From positions 3,904,001 to 3,968,000 of the forward strand of contig OZ244621.1 of the NCBI GenBank assembly GCA_965218425.1: DNA of 64,000 bases, in the 5' to 3' direction. Made by a program: the position numbers and the translations under genes. Below the pieces are notes generated by a model that worked only from the letters and a program-made list of their open reading frames with translations, was not told the DNA's origin and ran no database searches. This DNA comes from an uncultured Candidatus Binatia bacterium (GTDB lineage Bacteria > Desulfobacterota > Binatia > UBA9968 > CAXXLF01). Shown piece after piece: positions 1-8,733 of the stretch; the stretch's first letter is position 1; each line of letters opens with the position of its first letter.

Positions 1-180
1 ATTCTCCTAATCACTTGATCGCTTTTCAACCCCTATTCTCAGTGTGTAGTCCAGTGAACGCCGTACCACAGACTCGCGTCTGTAGCCTTGGGCGCCGCCA
101 CCGTGGAGTAAGGGCCTGCTACTCAGCAAGGGGCTTCAACCCCGCGCAAACGCACAGGCCGTTCTGTACTATGGGTGCGC

Positions 181-210
181 TTGACAACCCCCAATCGGAT
201 TGGATATTGA
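181..210 (+). promoter_or_regulatory. Putative sigma70 promoter of FAH gene with palindromic operator CCAATC-G-GATTGG in the spacer
   Basis: TTGACA at 181-186; perfect inverted repeat at 191-203; weak -10 (TATTGA) at 205-210; about 70 bp upstream of ATG 283. Confidence 0.5.
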
Positions 211-282
211 TCGACTTTCTTATTGAACGATGGCGGCAAGAATCCGTATTGAATTTTCAAATAGAAAGAGGGGATCCTATTC

Positions 283-1194
283 ATGAAAATTCTTCGTTTT
301 AACGACGACCGAGTCGGAGTACTAAAAAATGGAGACCGGGTGGTAGATATCAGCGACACCATTAAATACCGCATGGATAAAGGACCCCAAAGAGTCATCG
401 AAGAAGTGATAGAGAATTTTGATTCCCGGCGTGGAGAGTATGAGAAAATCTTGAGTCGGGAATCCGGAGCCCCCTTGAGTAACGTCAAGCTCTTGGTACC
501 CATACCCCGCCCCAGCAAATGCCTTGCGGCCTTTTCAAACTACGCCGACAGCCCCGATCGAAAACCAGCCGCCATGTATAATGAGTACTTCCACAAGGCC
601 CCGGAATTGCTTGGCCCCGAGGGCACCGTTCAATTATTAGATATTCCTCCAGTAGCCGTATTCCAACCCGAAGCAGAGTTGGCCTTTGTGATAGGCGAGC
701 ACGCAAAAAACGTAAAGGAAGCAGATTCCATGAACTATGTATTCGGCTACATGCCCTTCGTGGATATCTCAGCACGGGGCTTGGTCCGGCGTACTCAGTT
801 TATTCCCAAGGGACAGGACACCTACGGTCCCTGCGGACCTTGGATCACCACCAGGGACGAGGTTCCGGACCCCCACGACGTCATAGTAAAATCCTGGGTT
901 AACGGTCAACCCAGGCAGGACTACAACACAAAGTACATGATTCACAGTATTCCCGATCAGATTGCCTGGCTCACCAAGCATATCCAGCTTCAGCCCGCAG
1001 ATGTCATCACCACCGGAACGTTCCACGTGGGTCTCGGTCCTGTTAACGACGGGGACGTGCTGGAAATTGAGATCGTAAACATGGGTAAGGCGCGATTTTT
1101 TATCAAGGGTCAAGGGGCGCGCAAAGAAACGGAATGGTTACCGGGAAAATCTCAGCCCACGAAGCCCACGGAAGGCTCCATGCACAAGGTTTAA
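283..1194 (+). CDS. Fumarylacetoacetate hydrolase (FAH) family protein
   Basis: Motifs PEAELAFVIG, DISAR, KGQDTYGPCGPWI, DVITTGT; RBS GAGGGG upstream. Confidence 0.9.
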   Translation: MKILRFNDDRVGVLKNGDRVVDISDTIKYRMDKGPQRVIEEVIENFDSRRGEYEKILSRESGAPLSNVKLLVPIPRPSKCLAAFSNYADSPDRKPAAMYNEYFHKAPELLGPEGTVQLLDIPPVAVFQPEAELAFVIGEHAKNVKEADSMNYVFGYMPFVDISARGLVRRTQFIPKGQDTYGPCGPWITTRDEVPDPHDVIVKSWVNGQPRQDYNTKYMIHSIPDQIAWLTKHIQLQPADVITTGTFHVGLGPVNDGDVLEIEIVNMGKARFFIKGQGARKETEWLPGKSQPTKPTEGSMHKV

Positions 1195-1233
1195 GAACGG
1201 ATCGCTGCTTACGAGGAATGGGATAAAAGACTA

Positions 1234-1453
1234 CTCGCGCGAATACGCAAAGTACGCCAAGGTAAGAATTTTCGCTCAACCGGGAGACGAGCATTAAGCA
1301 AAGGCCTTAGCTTTCTGAAGAGCTAAGTTTTTGTCTGTCGATGTCTCCCGACAAACAAAAACTTAATTCTCTGCGCCTCTGCGATGAATCAATAATTGTG
1401 TCCGCGTTAATCTTCGTCTAATAACTCATTGCGGGCTTGGAGTCTTGGCGCGA
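1234..1453. repeat. Composite REP/MITE-like inverted-repeat element (family A arms)
   Basis: Left arm CTCGCGCGAATACGCAAAGTACGCCAAG, right arm TTGCGGGCTTGGAGTCTTGGCGCGA; same arms at 40513-40724; internal hairpin TTTTGTCTGTCG...CGACAAACAAAA; lies between convergent genes. Confidence 0.65.
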
Positions 1454-1468
1454 AAAATCCTGTCAAAG

Positions 1469-2506
1469 TCATTCTGCCTTGGTTGGCCGCAGCTTGAGCA
1501 GCCTACTAGCATTACCACGTAGTATCAACTGCTTATCGTTATCTTTGCAATCTAACGCATCAACTTTCTCAACCCCCATCCAGTCGCCCAGAACGTAGGG
1601 ATAGTCAGTCCCAACCATTAAACGTTCGCAGCCCACGATCCGCCTCAGGTATTCGAGGGTGTCTACGCGGTAAACCAATGTATCGAAGTAGAGATTCTTC
1701 AAGTAAGCACGAGGGGCACTGGCAGCCGTTGCTTTATGGGCCTTGGATTGCACTTCAAAGCCGTGATCAAACCGGCCTAAATGATACGGAAAGAAGCCGC
1801 CACCATGCAGTACACAGATTTTTAAATTAGGAAAGCGATCAAAGACTCCACCATAAATAAGATAGCCCAATGACAACGTTGTATCTGCCGGATTGCCGCA
1901 AACCAGCCGTAACTGCATGGATCCCATTCGCTCCGTACCCGCTACATTGTCGGGGTGCATTACCACGAGGGTATCGAGTTCCTGTGCCTTGGCCCAGAAG
2001 GGTTCAAACTCTTTCCCATGGTAGTACTGACCATTACAGTTCGTGGAAATCATGGCGCCGGAGAGTCTCAAATCCCGAATGGCGGATTCTAAGACCGCGG
2101 CCGCACGGGGCGGGTCCTGCATTGGTACTGCGGCCATGGCCGTAAAGCGGTCTTTTTTTTGTTCCACAAGCTCCTTGAGTCCTTGGTTGTACAGGCGGCA
2201 CCATGACTCACCCTTTTCCCCATCAAGAGGATATCCAAGAGCGCCTGTGTTAGCTTCAGCTGCGGCCAGGGCCACCCTCCCCTTATCCATGACCGCGAGC
2301 CGCTGATCCAACTCCAAGAGACCAGGCTCGACATTTAGAACCTTTTTTCCTGAGAACGAAACTCTTACGCTCCCTCCTTCCTGAACCGACGCCTCCACCC
2401 CTAGTGCTTTTCCATGCTTGCTAACCTCGTTCACCAATCCGGGGGGAAAATAGTGATGATGAATATCGATGGCTCGGGAAATTGTTGTTATTGTTTGAGA
2501 TTCCAT
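1469..2506 (-). CDS. Amidohydrolase_2 family, ACMSD/LigW-like decarboxylase or hydratase type
   Basis: IDIHHH, VVMHP, GVFDRFPNLKICVLHGGG, LYFDT, GTDYPY motifs. Confidence 0.88.
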   Translation of the reverse strand: MESQTITTISRAIDIHHHYFPPGLVNEVSKHGKALGVEASVQEGGSVRVSFSGKKVLNVEPGLLELDQRLAVMDKGRVALAAAEANTGALGYPLDGEKGESWCRLYNQGLKELVEQKKDRFTAMAAVPMQDPPRAAAVLESAIRDLRLSGAMISTNCNGQYYHGKEFEPFWAKAQELDTLVVMHPDNVAGTERMGSMQLRLVCGNPADTTLSLGYLIYGGVFDRFPNLKICVLHGGGFFPYHLGRFDHGFEVQSKAHKATAASAPRAYLKNLYFDTLVYRVDTLEYLRRIVGCERLMVGTDYPYVLGDWMGVEKVDALDCKDNDKQLILRGNASRLLKLRPTKAE

Positions 2507-2515
2507 TTTACTCCT

Positions 2516-3667
2516 TTAACAGACAACCCATTCCCGGGGGAATTCATTTAGCGTTTCAAGGCCGTCTTTTCGCACTACCAAGGTCTCGCCAAACTGCAGA
2601 CCCATCTTTTCATCTTGAGTAATAACATTGGGTTGGATGACAATGGCCATTCCCTCACGAAAGACCATGTCGCCGCTATTATGACGCTTGCCGCTCTTTG
2701 TCTGGATGATGGGTGGATACTGGCTGGCCCCATGGAGCAAGTCATCGTAAATGTTGTAACCGAACCGGTGAATCACTTCTGAAACTTCCTCCACCTCCCG
2801 CGTAGAAGTTCCGTCTTTAATCACCTCGGCAATGGCGTCGAAAGCTGCAACTGCCGCGGCATGAAGACCAACCCACTCCTCTGTCGGACCCTCACCTAAC
2901 GAGAAGGTACGATGGATTTGCCCCGTATACCCCCAGTAGCCGCCGCTGATCTCCGTTATGAGGCAATCGCCGCGTTGAAGCCGACGTTTGGAATGGTACT
3001 GCGCCGGAACCGGGAAGTGCGGCGCTCCCATGGGCATACTGGTCATAAAGTGAATGCCTGCGTATCCACCGGCCTTTAGATAGACCGGCTCCAGCAGCGC
3101 CGGAAGCTCATCTTCCCGAATGCCCTCCTTGAGGCCTTTTGCCAACTCTCGGAGGGAATCGTCAGTAAGCTTAGAGGCAACGCGTAGACGATCGATCTCA
3201 GCCTCGCTCTTAATGGTCCGAAGCATCCTGAACTTACCGCCGACATCAATTAACTCGGCCTGGGGAAATCGCTCCCGCATCTTTAGATAATGCCGATACG
3301 GTATACTACCAACCAGGCCGATCTTCTTCCCCCCCAATCCCCGTTCCCTGACCAGCTCGATCATGGTCTCACTGGTATCAGCACCGGCCCAGCGGACATC
3401 CGGCAACACAGAAAGGACCCGTGCCATGGGCACGTGGTTGTAGAGTTGCACAAGAACCACAGGTTCTTGATCCTTTTGAAAGAGTACATAGGACTCACGC
3501 CCCCCGGGCCAGTCGGTTAGCCAGTAAACCTCAGCAGCATACTTGCTGCCGGCAGTGTAAAACAGGATGGCCTCAACACCGGCCTCGTCCATTAACGCTT
3601 TCACTTTTGTATGGCGTTGGGCCATCTCCTCATCAGTGAATCTGGGAAATTGTGAGGGGTTACGCAT
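2516..3667 (-). CDS. M24 (creatinase/Xaa-Pro peptidase) fold protein with degenerate metal ligands
   Basis: Creatinase-like N-terminal domain, RTIKSEAEI, GYWGYTGQIHRTF, IVIQPN, GETLVVRKDG. Confidence 0.82.
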   Translation of the reverse strand: MRNPSQFPRFTDEEMAQRHTKVKALMDEAGVEAILFYTAGSKYAAEVYWLTDWPGGRESYVLFQKDQEPVVLVQLYNHVPMARVLSVLPDVRWAGADTSETMIELVRERGLGGKKIGLVGSIPYRHYLKMRERFPQAELIDVGGKFRMLRTIKSEAEIDRLRVASKLTDDSLRELAKGLKEGIREDELPALLEPVYLKAGGYAGIHFMTSMPMGAPHFPVPAQYHSKRRLQRGDCLITEISGGYWGYTGQIHRTFSLGEGPTEEWVGLHAAAVAAFDAIAEVIKDGTSTREVEEVSEVIHRFGYNIYDDLLHGASQYPPIIQTKSGKRHNSGDMVFREGMAIVIQPNVITQDEKMGLQFGETLVVRKDGLETLNEFPREWVVC

Positions 3668-3811
3668 GCCAGCACCTCCGTCCAGTGAACCTATTGATTC
3701 CCCTACATGACGAATCCATCATGATCGTTAGAGATACTATGGAAAGACAGAAAACTTAGCAAGGGTGGACAATATTGTTGAGAATAGCATTCCGCACCTC
3801 CGTCATCCGCC

Positions 3812-4918
3812 TGAACTGGATCAAACACATGTGAGACAGATTTAAGCTACAAAGGAGGGGTTTTGTAAGTATAAAGAAAGGACCCCTCCATGAGCTACTT
3901 TGGACTGAACTGGCAATTTAACTGGGCTTGCCGTCATCTCCACACTAACCTCTCGCCCAAAGAGCGCGATCGACTTAGAGCCCTCCTTCTGTGGCAGGAG
4001 ACCAAAGACATAAAGCTTACCTACCGCACTTTTGACCTGAGCCGACCCACTGTTTACCTCCGGCTCCAACGCTTTGATCCCAACGACCTCGGCTCCCTTC
4101 GAGAGCGTTCTCGCAAACCGCACCGGTTCACACAGCCCCAATGGCCCCTGGCCCTCAAGCAGGCAATACTACGCTTAACAGAGCAATATCCCCGCTGGGG
4201 TAAAAACAAACTCGTAGTGCTACTTCAAAACGAAGGCTTTGAGGTCTGTGCTCCTACCGTGGGCCGTATTCTCAGCTCTGTCAGGCAGCGCGGACAACTC
4301 ATAGAGCCAAAACCCCAAGCTATCTCCACAAAAAGACGGCGTAAGCTAAGACCCTACGCTATCGGTAAACCCAAAGACTATCAGCCCCTTTACCCTGGCG
4401 ACCTGGTTCAAATCGACACCCTCGACATCGGTCCCGTGCCAGGCGTGATCCTCAAACAGTTCACTGCCCGCGATGTGGTCTCGCGCTGGGACGTACTCAA
4501 AGTTCATCGTCAAGCTAGCGCCCCCCTAGCCGCCTCGTTCATCGATACCATCAAGGCTCGTATGCCCTTTGCCGTACGTGCCTTTCAGGTCGATGGAGGC
4601 TCAGAGTTGTTCTCTGACTTTGAGACCCACTGCCAACAACATGGCATCCGGTTGTTCGTCGTGGGGCCTAAAAGTCCTAAGCTCAATGGTGCTGTGCAAC
4701 GGGCTAACCGTACTCACACTGAGGAGTTCTATGAGGTCCAACAGTGTGCTTGGACCGTTGAGGCTCTTAACCAACAACTGCTCGAATGGGAACGGACCTA
4801 CAATACGGTACGGCCCCACCAGGCACTTAATTACTTAACTCCCTTGCAATATCTCCAAGACCGAGGCATCGTATCCTCCAAAAATCCCTCCCTGTCTCAT
4901 ATGTACTGATCCACTACG
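3812..4918 (+). mobile_element. IS481-family insertion sequence (about 1.1 kb)
   Basis: Imperfect terminal IRs TGAACTGGATCAAACACATGTGAGACAG / revcomp CGTAGTGGATCAGTACATATGAGACAG; 5-bp direct repeat CCGCC at 3807-3811 and 4919-4923. Confidence 0.85.
3890..4909 (+). CDS. IS481-family transposase (HTH + rve integrase core), probably inactive
   Basis: PGDLVQID, QVDGGSE, PKLNGAVQRANRT (catalytic Glu of VER replaced by Gln), YNTVRPHQALNYLTP. Confidence 0.88.
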   Translation: MSYFGLNWQFNWACRHLHTNLSPKERDRLRALLLWQETKDIKLTYRTFDLSRPTVYLRLQRFDPNDLGSLRERSRKPHRFTQPQWPLALKQAILRLTEQYPRWGKNKLVVLLQNEGFEVCAPTVGRILSSVRQRGQLIEPKPQAISTKRRRKLRPYAIGKPKDYQPLYPGDLVQIDTLDIGPVPGVILKQFTARDVVSRWDVLKVHRQASAPLAASFIDTIKARMPFAVRAFQVDGGSELFSDFETHCQQHGIRLFVVGPKSPKLNGAVQRANRTHTEEFYEVQQCAWTVEALNQQLLEWERTYNTVRPHQALNYLTPLQYLQDRGIVSSKNPSLSHMY

Positions 4919-4923
4919 CCGCC

Positions 4924-4953
4924 TTGACAAGCTCCGCACACTTGGGCTAGTTT
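4924..4953 (+). promoter_or_regulatory. Putative sigma70 promoter for aldolase-cupin-eutA operon
   Basis: TTGACA 4924-4929, 18-bp spacer, TAGTTT 4948-4953; directly abuts IS target duplication. Confidence 0.5.
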
Positions 4954-5034
4954 CCATTGCATCGCGTCTCTAACCTGTGAAAACATGTCCTACAAACCAT
5001 AAAGTCTAGGGTTTAAAAGAATAGGAGGTTCTCT

Positions 5035-5997
5035 ATGCTATCCCCAAAAGATCTCAGCGGAGTATTGGGAATGATGCCGTCCTTTGCCACTGAAGATGCG
5101 GTGGACATTCGTGCTACCCAAACCATTGCCGTTGACAACCTCAAAGAAGGCGTGGACCGAATTATCAAAGACGGCATTGGTCTCATCGCCACCACTGGCA
5201 CCTATGGCGAATGCTACAACCTACTCTTCGAGGAATTCAAAACCCTCACGGTAGCCACTGTGCAGAGCGTCAAGAAGCGAGTTCCCCTTTTTATTGGTTG
5301 CACGAGCCCCAACCCACGCGAGGTGGTGCAGAAAATGAACTTCGTGAAAGACTCCGGGGCCGATGGAGTCCTTCTGGGCGTGCCGTATTACGAGACCCTC
5401 CCGGTTCCCGATGCCATTCAATTCTACCATGACATCGCAGAACTGTTCCCAACGCTAAATATCTTGATATACCACAACCCGGACAATCATCATTTTACGA
5501 TGCCCGTAGCAGCCTTCAAAGAGCTCACAAAAAACCCCACCATCATCGGCATGAAGGACAGCCACAGGACCACTGCGGCCTTTATGAACCTGCAGCGCAT
5601 CATCAAGGGTAAAATCAGTCACTTCGTCAACCAATCCCAACTCTATCCCTATTACAAAATGGGCGCGGTGGGATGTTGGTCTACGGACGCTTGGATGGGA
5701 CCATGGCCGCTGCTCCACCTCATAAGTCTCCTTGGGCACGGGGACGAGGAACAGGCCCAGCAAGTCCTCGCTGAAATCGTGGGCGAAGGGGCTGGTGGTA
5801 AGCCAAGACCCGGTGAGGGCACCAAACGTCCGCAACAGTATTCCGATTACTGCAAGGTGGGCCCCACCCGGGTTCCGTTCCTCCACTTTCCCGAAGCGCA
5901 AATAGAGAAGGCAAAGAGACAAGCGGCCCACTGGAAGAAATTGTGTGACAAATACCGCCCCCTGGTGGAAGCAGAGAGAGGCCGTCCCGCGGCGTAA
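5035..5997 (+). CDS. DapA/NAL-family aldolase, NahE/PhdJ (benzylidenepyruvate hydratase-aldolase)-like
   Basis: GTYGEC, KRVPLFIG, GADGVLLGVP, IYHNP, Schiff-base GMKDS; NahE-type N-terminal insertion; RBS AGGAGG. Confidence 0.82.
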   Translation: MLSPKDLSGVLGMMPSFATEDAVDIRATQTIAVDNLKEGVDRIIKDGIGLIATTGTYGECYNLLFEEFKTLTVATVQSVKKRVPLFIGCTSPNPREVVQKMNFVKDSGADGVLLGVPYYETLPVPDAIQFYHDIAELFPTLNILIYHNPDNHHFTMPVAAFKELTKNPTIIGMKDSHRTTAAFMNLQRIIKGKISHFVNQSQLYPYYKMGAVGCWSTDAWMGPWPLLHLISLLGHGDEEQAQQVLAEIVGEGAGGKPRPGEGTKRPQQYSDYCKVGPTRVPFLHFPEAQIEKAKRQAAHWKKLCDKYRPLVEAERGRPAA

Positions 5998-6012
5998 ATT
6001 GTACGGGCATCG

Positions 6013-6049
6013 CGCTCCCCCGTGCCGCTTTTCCGGGTACGGGGGGCGA
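6013..6049 (+). other. GC-rich intergenic hairpin (mRNA stabiliser/attenuator or REP)
   Basis: CGCTCCCCCGTGCC ... GGTACGGGGGGCG complementary arms. Confidence 0.4.
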
Positions 6050-6078
6050 GTCTGGACTGAGTCCAATAGGAAAGAGAG

Positions 6079-7101
6079 ATGGAAACCACCTTCTTCGGTA
6101 ACGCCATTGGTGAGGCCTATAAGCTCGGCAAACAAGAACAGGAGCGGCGAAAAAACTCGCCGGTGCTTGTGAAGTGGCCGGACATCCAAAGGCAACTCGC
6201 TGATAGCAAACATGTTTACGTGATCGATCCGCGGTTAGGCTTCAACAATAGGACCCACCGGCTGTGGTATGACCGGATACCGCCGGAAAGCGAAGACGGC
6301 CAGGAATGGAAGTACATGGGCCACCGCCACACCGTGGAGGCCGTCATTTATTTTCTCAAAGGTCACGGCCATAGTATCATCGACGGCGTTCGTTACGACT
6401 GGGAAGCGGGTGACCTGCTCTCCGTGCCCATGTTCTCATGGCATCGGCACATCAATGACGGTAAGGAGGAAGTCCTCCGCATCGCATCCACCACCAACCC
6501 TCTTTCCATTTCTCTGGGTCAGGCAGTGTACGAAGACGAGCGGCATCCCGAGTTCTGGGTGTTCGCCCAGGAAGGCGAGGACGCCCAAAAAACCTTGATC
6601 CCGGGCGGAGCCGGCGATGCCGGCACGGTGGATGGATCAACGGATACTGGAGCAGCGAAGCTCTACGCTGAACAGGTGGGCTTCGCCATGAAGGAGGAAA
6701 AACTGCGACGCGCGAGCAAGGTGTTGGTTAAAAAGGACGACGTTAAACCGCAACCCACCGCCATGGGCAACCTGGCCTACGTCGTAGACCCCCGCATCGG
6801 TTTCCACTCCAAGGCACTGGCCGTGGTGGCGGCGGAAATTCCCCCTGGCAAGCGATCGGGAGCCCACCGCCACCTGTACGATGAGATTGATCTCGTGGAA
6901 AAGGGGCAAGGACGGATCGTAGTGAACGATAAGGAGTACGAGTTCAGCGCAGGGGATGTCCTCTCAATCCCAGTCTTCGCCTGGCATCAATACTTCAATA
7001 CCGGCAAAAAGCCGTTGCGGATCGTTGGCATCAGCACCAGACCGGCACTGGAAAACCTGGGTCTGGTTCTAACACACCAGGGGGAGCTGGCGGACCATTA
7101 A
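6079..7101 (+). CDS. Bicupin protein (gentisate-dioxygenase-like fold), both domains with HxH..E..H sites
   Basis: GHRHTVEA...PMFSWHRH and AHRHLYDE...PVFAWHQY. Confidence 0.85.
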   Translation: METTFFGNAIGEAYKLGKQEQERRKNSPVLVKWPDIQRQLADSKHVYVIDPRLGFNNRTHRLWYDRIPPESEDGQEWKYMGHRHTVEAVIYFLKGHGHSIIDGVRYDWEAGDLLSVPMFSWHRHINDGKEEVLRIASTTNPLSISLGQAVYEDERHPEFWVFAQEGEDAQKTLIPGGAGDAGTVDGSTDTGAAKLYAEQVGFAMKEEKLRRASKVLVKKDDVKPQPTAMGNLAYVVDPRIGFHSKALAVVAAEIPPGKRSGAHRHLYDEIDLVEKGQGRIVVNDKEYEFSAGDVLSIPVFAWHQYFNTGKKPLRIVGISTRPALENLGLVLTHQGELADH

Positions 7102-7179
7102 ACAGCGCCATCGACAGGAACGGCAATCTACGGTTTCCACCCCCCTTGGACCCGATTGATCCGAGTGCCCCAGCAAACC

Positions 7180-8697
7180 ATGGCTCATCACGAACACGCA
7201 AACCACAAGCACACCCATGACTCGGAACATGACCATGGCGGGGACCACGAGCACCATGGGGACCATGACCACATTGATCTGACCAACGCCACGAAGCTGC
7301 GCAGCATTGGCATCGATATCGGGTCAGCTACGTCCCACTTCGTTGTATCAGACATCTTCGTGGGAAAGCGCGATCCTGTGTTGGCGCAGAAGCCCGAGGT
7401 GCTAAAACGGCAACTGGTCTACCAATCCCCTATCCTGTTTACGCCCTTTAGCGACCGGACCACCATCGATGCAAAAGAGTTGGAACGATTTCTAGTGGAT
7501 CAGTGCGCTTTGGCTAATTTAAATCTTGAAGATATGGACACGGGCGCCTTGATCTGTACAGGGGAGGCAGCCCGCAAAGAGAATGCGGGAGCTATCAGCG
7601 AGCGTCTCTCCATGATGAGTGGGAAGTTTGTATGCGCTACGGCGGGTCATCATCTGGAGGCCGTGCTGGGCGCCTACGGTTCCGGCTCGATCATGCTTAG
7701 CAAGGCTGTGCCGGGGCACGTGGTCTCCCTTGATACGGGCGGTGGGACGGCCAAGCGGACCCTCATGTACGACGGCAAGGTCCTTCATACATCCGCGCTA
7801 AACATCGGATCCCGGCTTATTGCGTGGGACCAGCACGGCAGGGTGAACCACTTGGACCACGCAGGAGCTTTGGTGGCGAGAGAAATTGGCCTGGAACCGA
7901 GATTAGGTGAGAGCCTCAACGAAAGCCATCAACAAGCCATCGCCGAACGAATGGCGGACTGTCTCATTGAGTTTATTGGCTTCGAACCCATGGGCGACCT
8001 TGCTCAGGACCTTTTTTTGACGGAGACCCCTCCTCCACCTCTTTCCTCCCAGTTTTCTCTCACGGTGGTGGGAGGGCTGTCGGAGTACTTCTACGGGCGA
8101 GAGACGTCCCCAAAGGGTGATCTGGGCCTGTGGATAAGCCAGGCCCTGCGCAAGAAGCTCCGCCAACGTATCCCGGAGAGTGCTATTTTAACGCCTGAAA
8201 ATGGAATTCGGGCAACGGTCATTGGAGCCGGGCAGTTCAGCATGCAGGTGAGCGGTGAAACCATCTGGACGGACTCGAACCTAAAGCCGCCGTTGCGCAA
8301 TATTCCGGTTTATACCGTTCCCCTAGACTGGACCGACCTCCAACCCCAATCAGTCCATAGGATTTTAACCAATGTCATGGCGAGGGTGGATCCCCAGGAG
8401 ATCTGTAGTCTTGCCTTTAGCAAAGCCCCTTACTTCGGATACGGCATCGTATACAAGCTCGCCGAAGCCCTTGCCTATTCGCTCCAGCACTTGGAACGGA
8501 AACAAGGTCTTGTGTTTGTGTTCCACGAAAACTTCGGACGTGCGGCGGGAATCACTTTTTCCCGATTCATGCCGGGTCTTCCGGTTCTGTGCGTTGATGA
8601 AATAGATGTGGGAGACCTGGATTACCTGGACATCGGCGAACCTCCTGAAGGAGATGAGTTCCTTCCAGTGGTGGTGAAGAGCCTCGTTTTTTCGTAA
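7180..8697 (+). CDS. eutA: EutA-like ASKHA-fold ATPase with His-rich N-terminal tail (orphan, no eutBC in window)
   Basis: GIDIGSATSH, YQSPILFTP, TGEAARKENA, GKFVCATAG, LDTGGGT, IRATVIGAG, GDLDYLDIG..PVVVKSLVF; 13 His in first 31 aa; start set at ATG 7180. Confidence 0.88.
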   Translation: MAHHEHANHKHTHDSEHDHGGDHEHHGDHDHIDLTNATKLRSIGIDIGSATSHFVVSDIFVGKRDPVLAQKPEVLKRQLVYQSPILFTPFSDRTTIDAKELERFLVDQCALANLNLEDMDTGALICTGEAARKENAGAISERLSMMSGKFVCATAGHHLEAVLGAYGSGSIMLSKAVPGHVVSLDTGGGTAKRTLMYDGKVLHTSALNIGSRLIAWDQHGRVNHLDHAGALVAREIGLEPRLGESLNESHQQAIAERMADCLIEFIGFEPMGDLAQDLFLTETPPPPLSSQFSLTVVGGLSEYFYGRETSPKGDLGLWISQALRKKLRQRIPESAILTPENGIRATVIGAGQFSMQVSGETIWTDSNLKPPLRNIPVYTVPLDWTDLQPQSVHRILTNVMARVDPQEICSLAFSKAPYFGYGIVYKLAEALAYSLQHLERKQGLVFVFHENFGRAAGITFSRFMPGLPVLCVDEIDVGDLDYLDIGEPPEGDEFLPVVVKSLVFS

Positions 8698-8733
8698 CCA
8701 AGTCCTGTTTACTATTGAGCTGTCAATAACAAC

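Noticed and set aside
7180..8697. Ethanolamine utilisation locus
   Set aside because: No eutB, eutC, eutH, shell proteins or B12 genes in the window.
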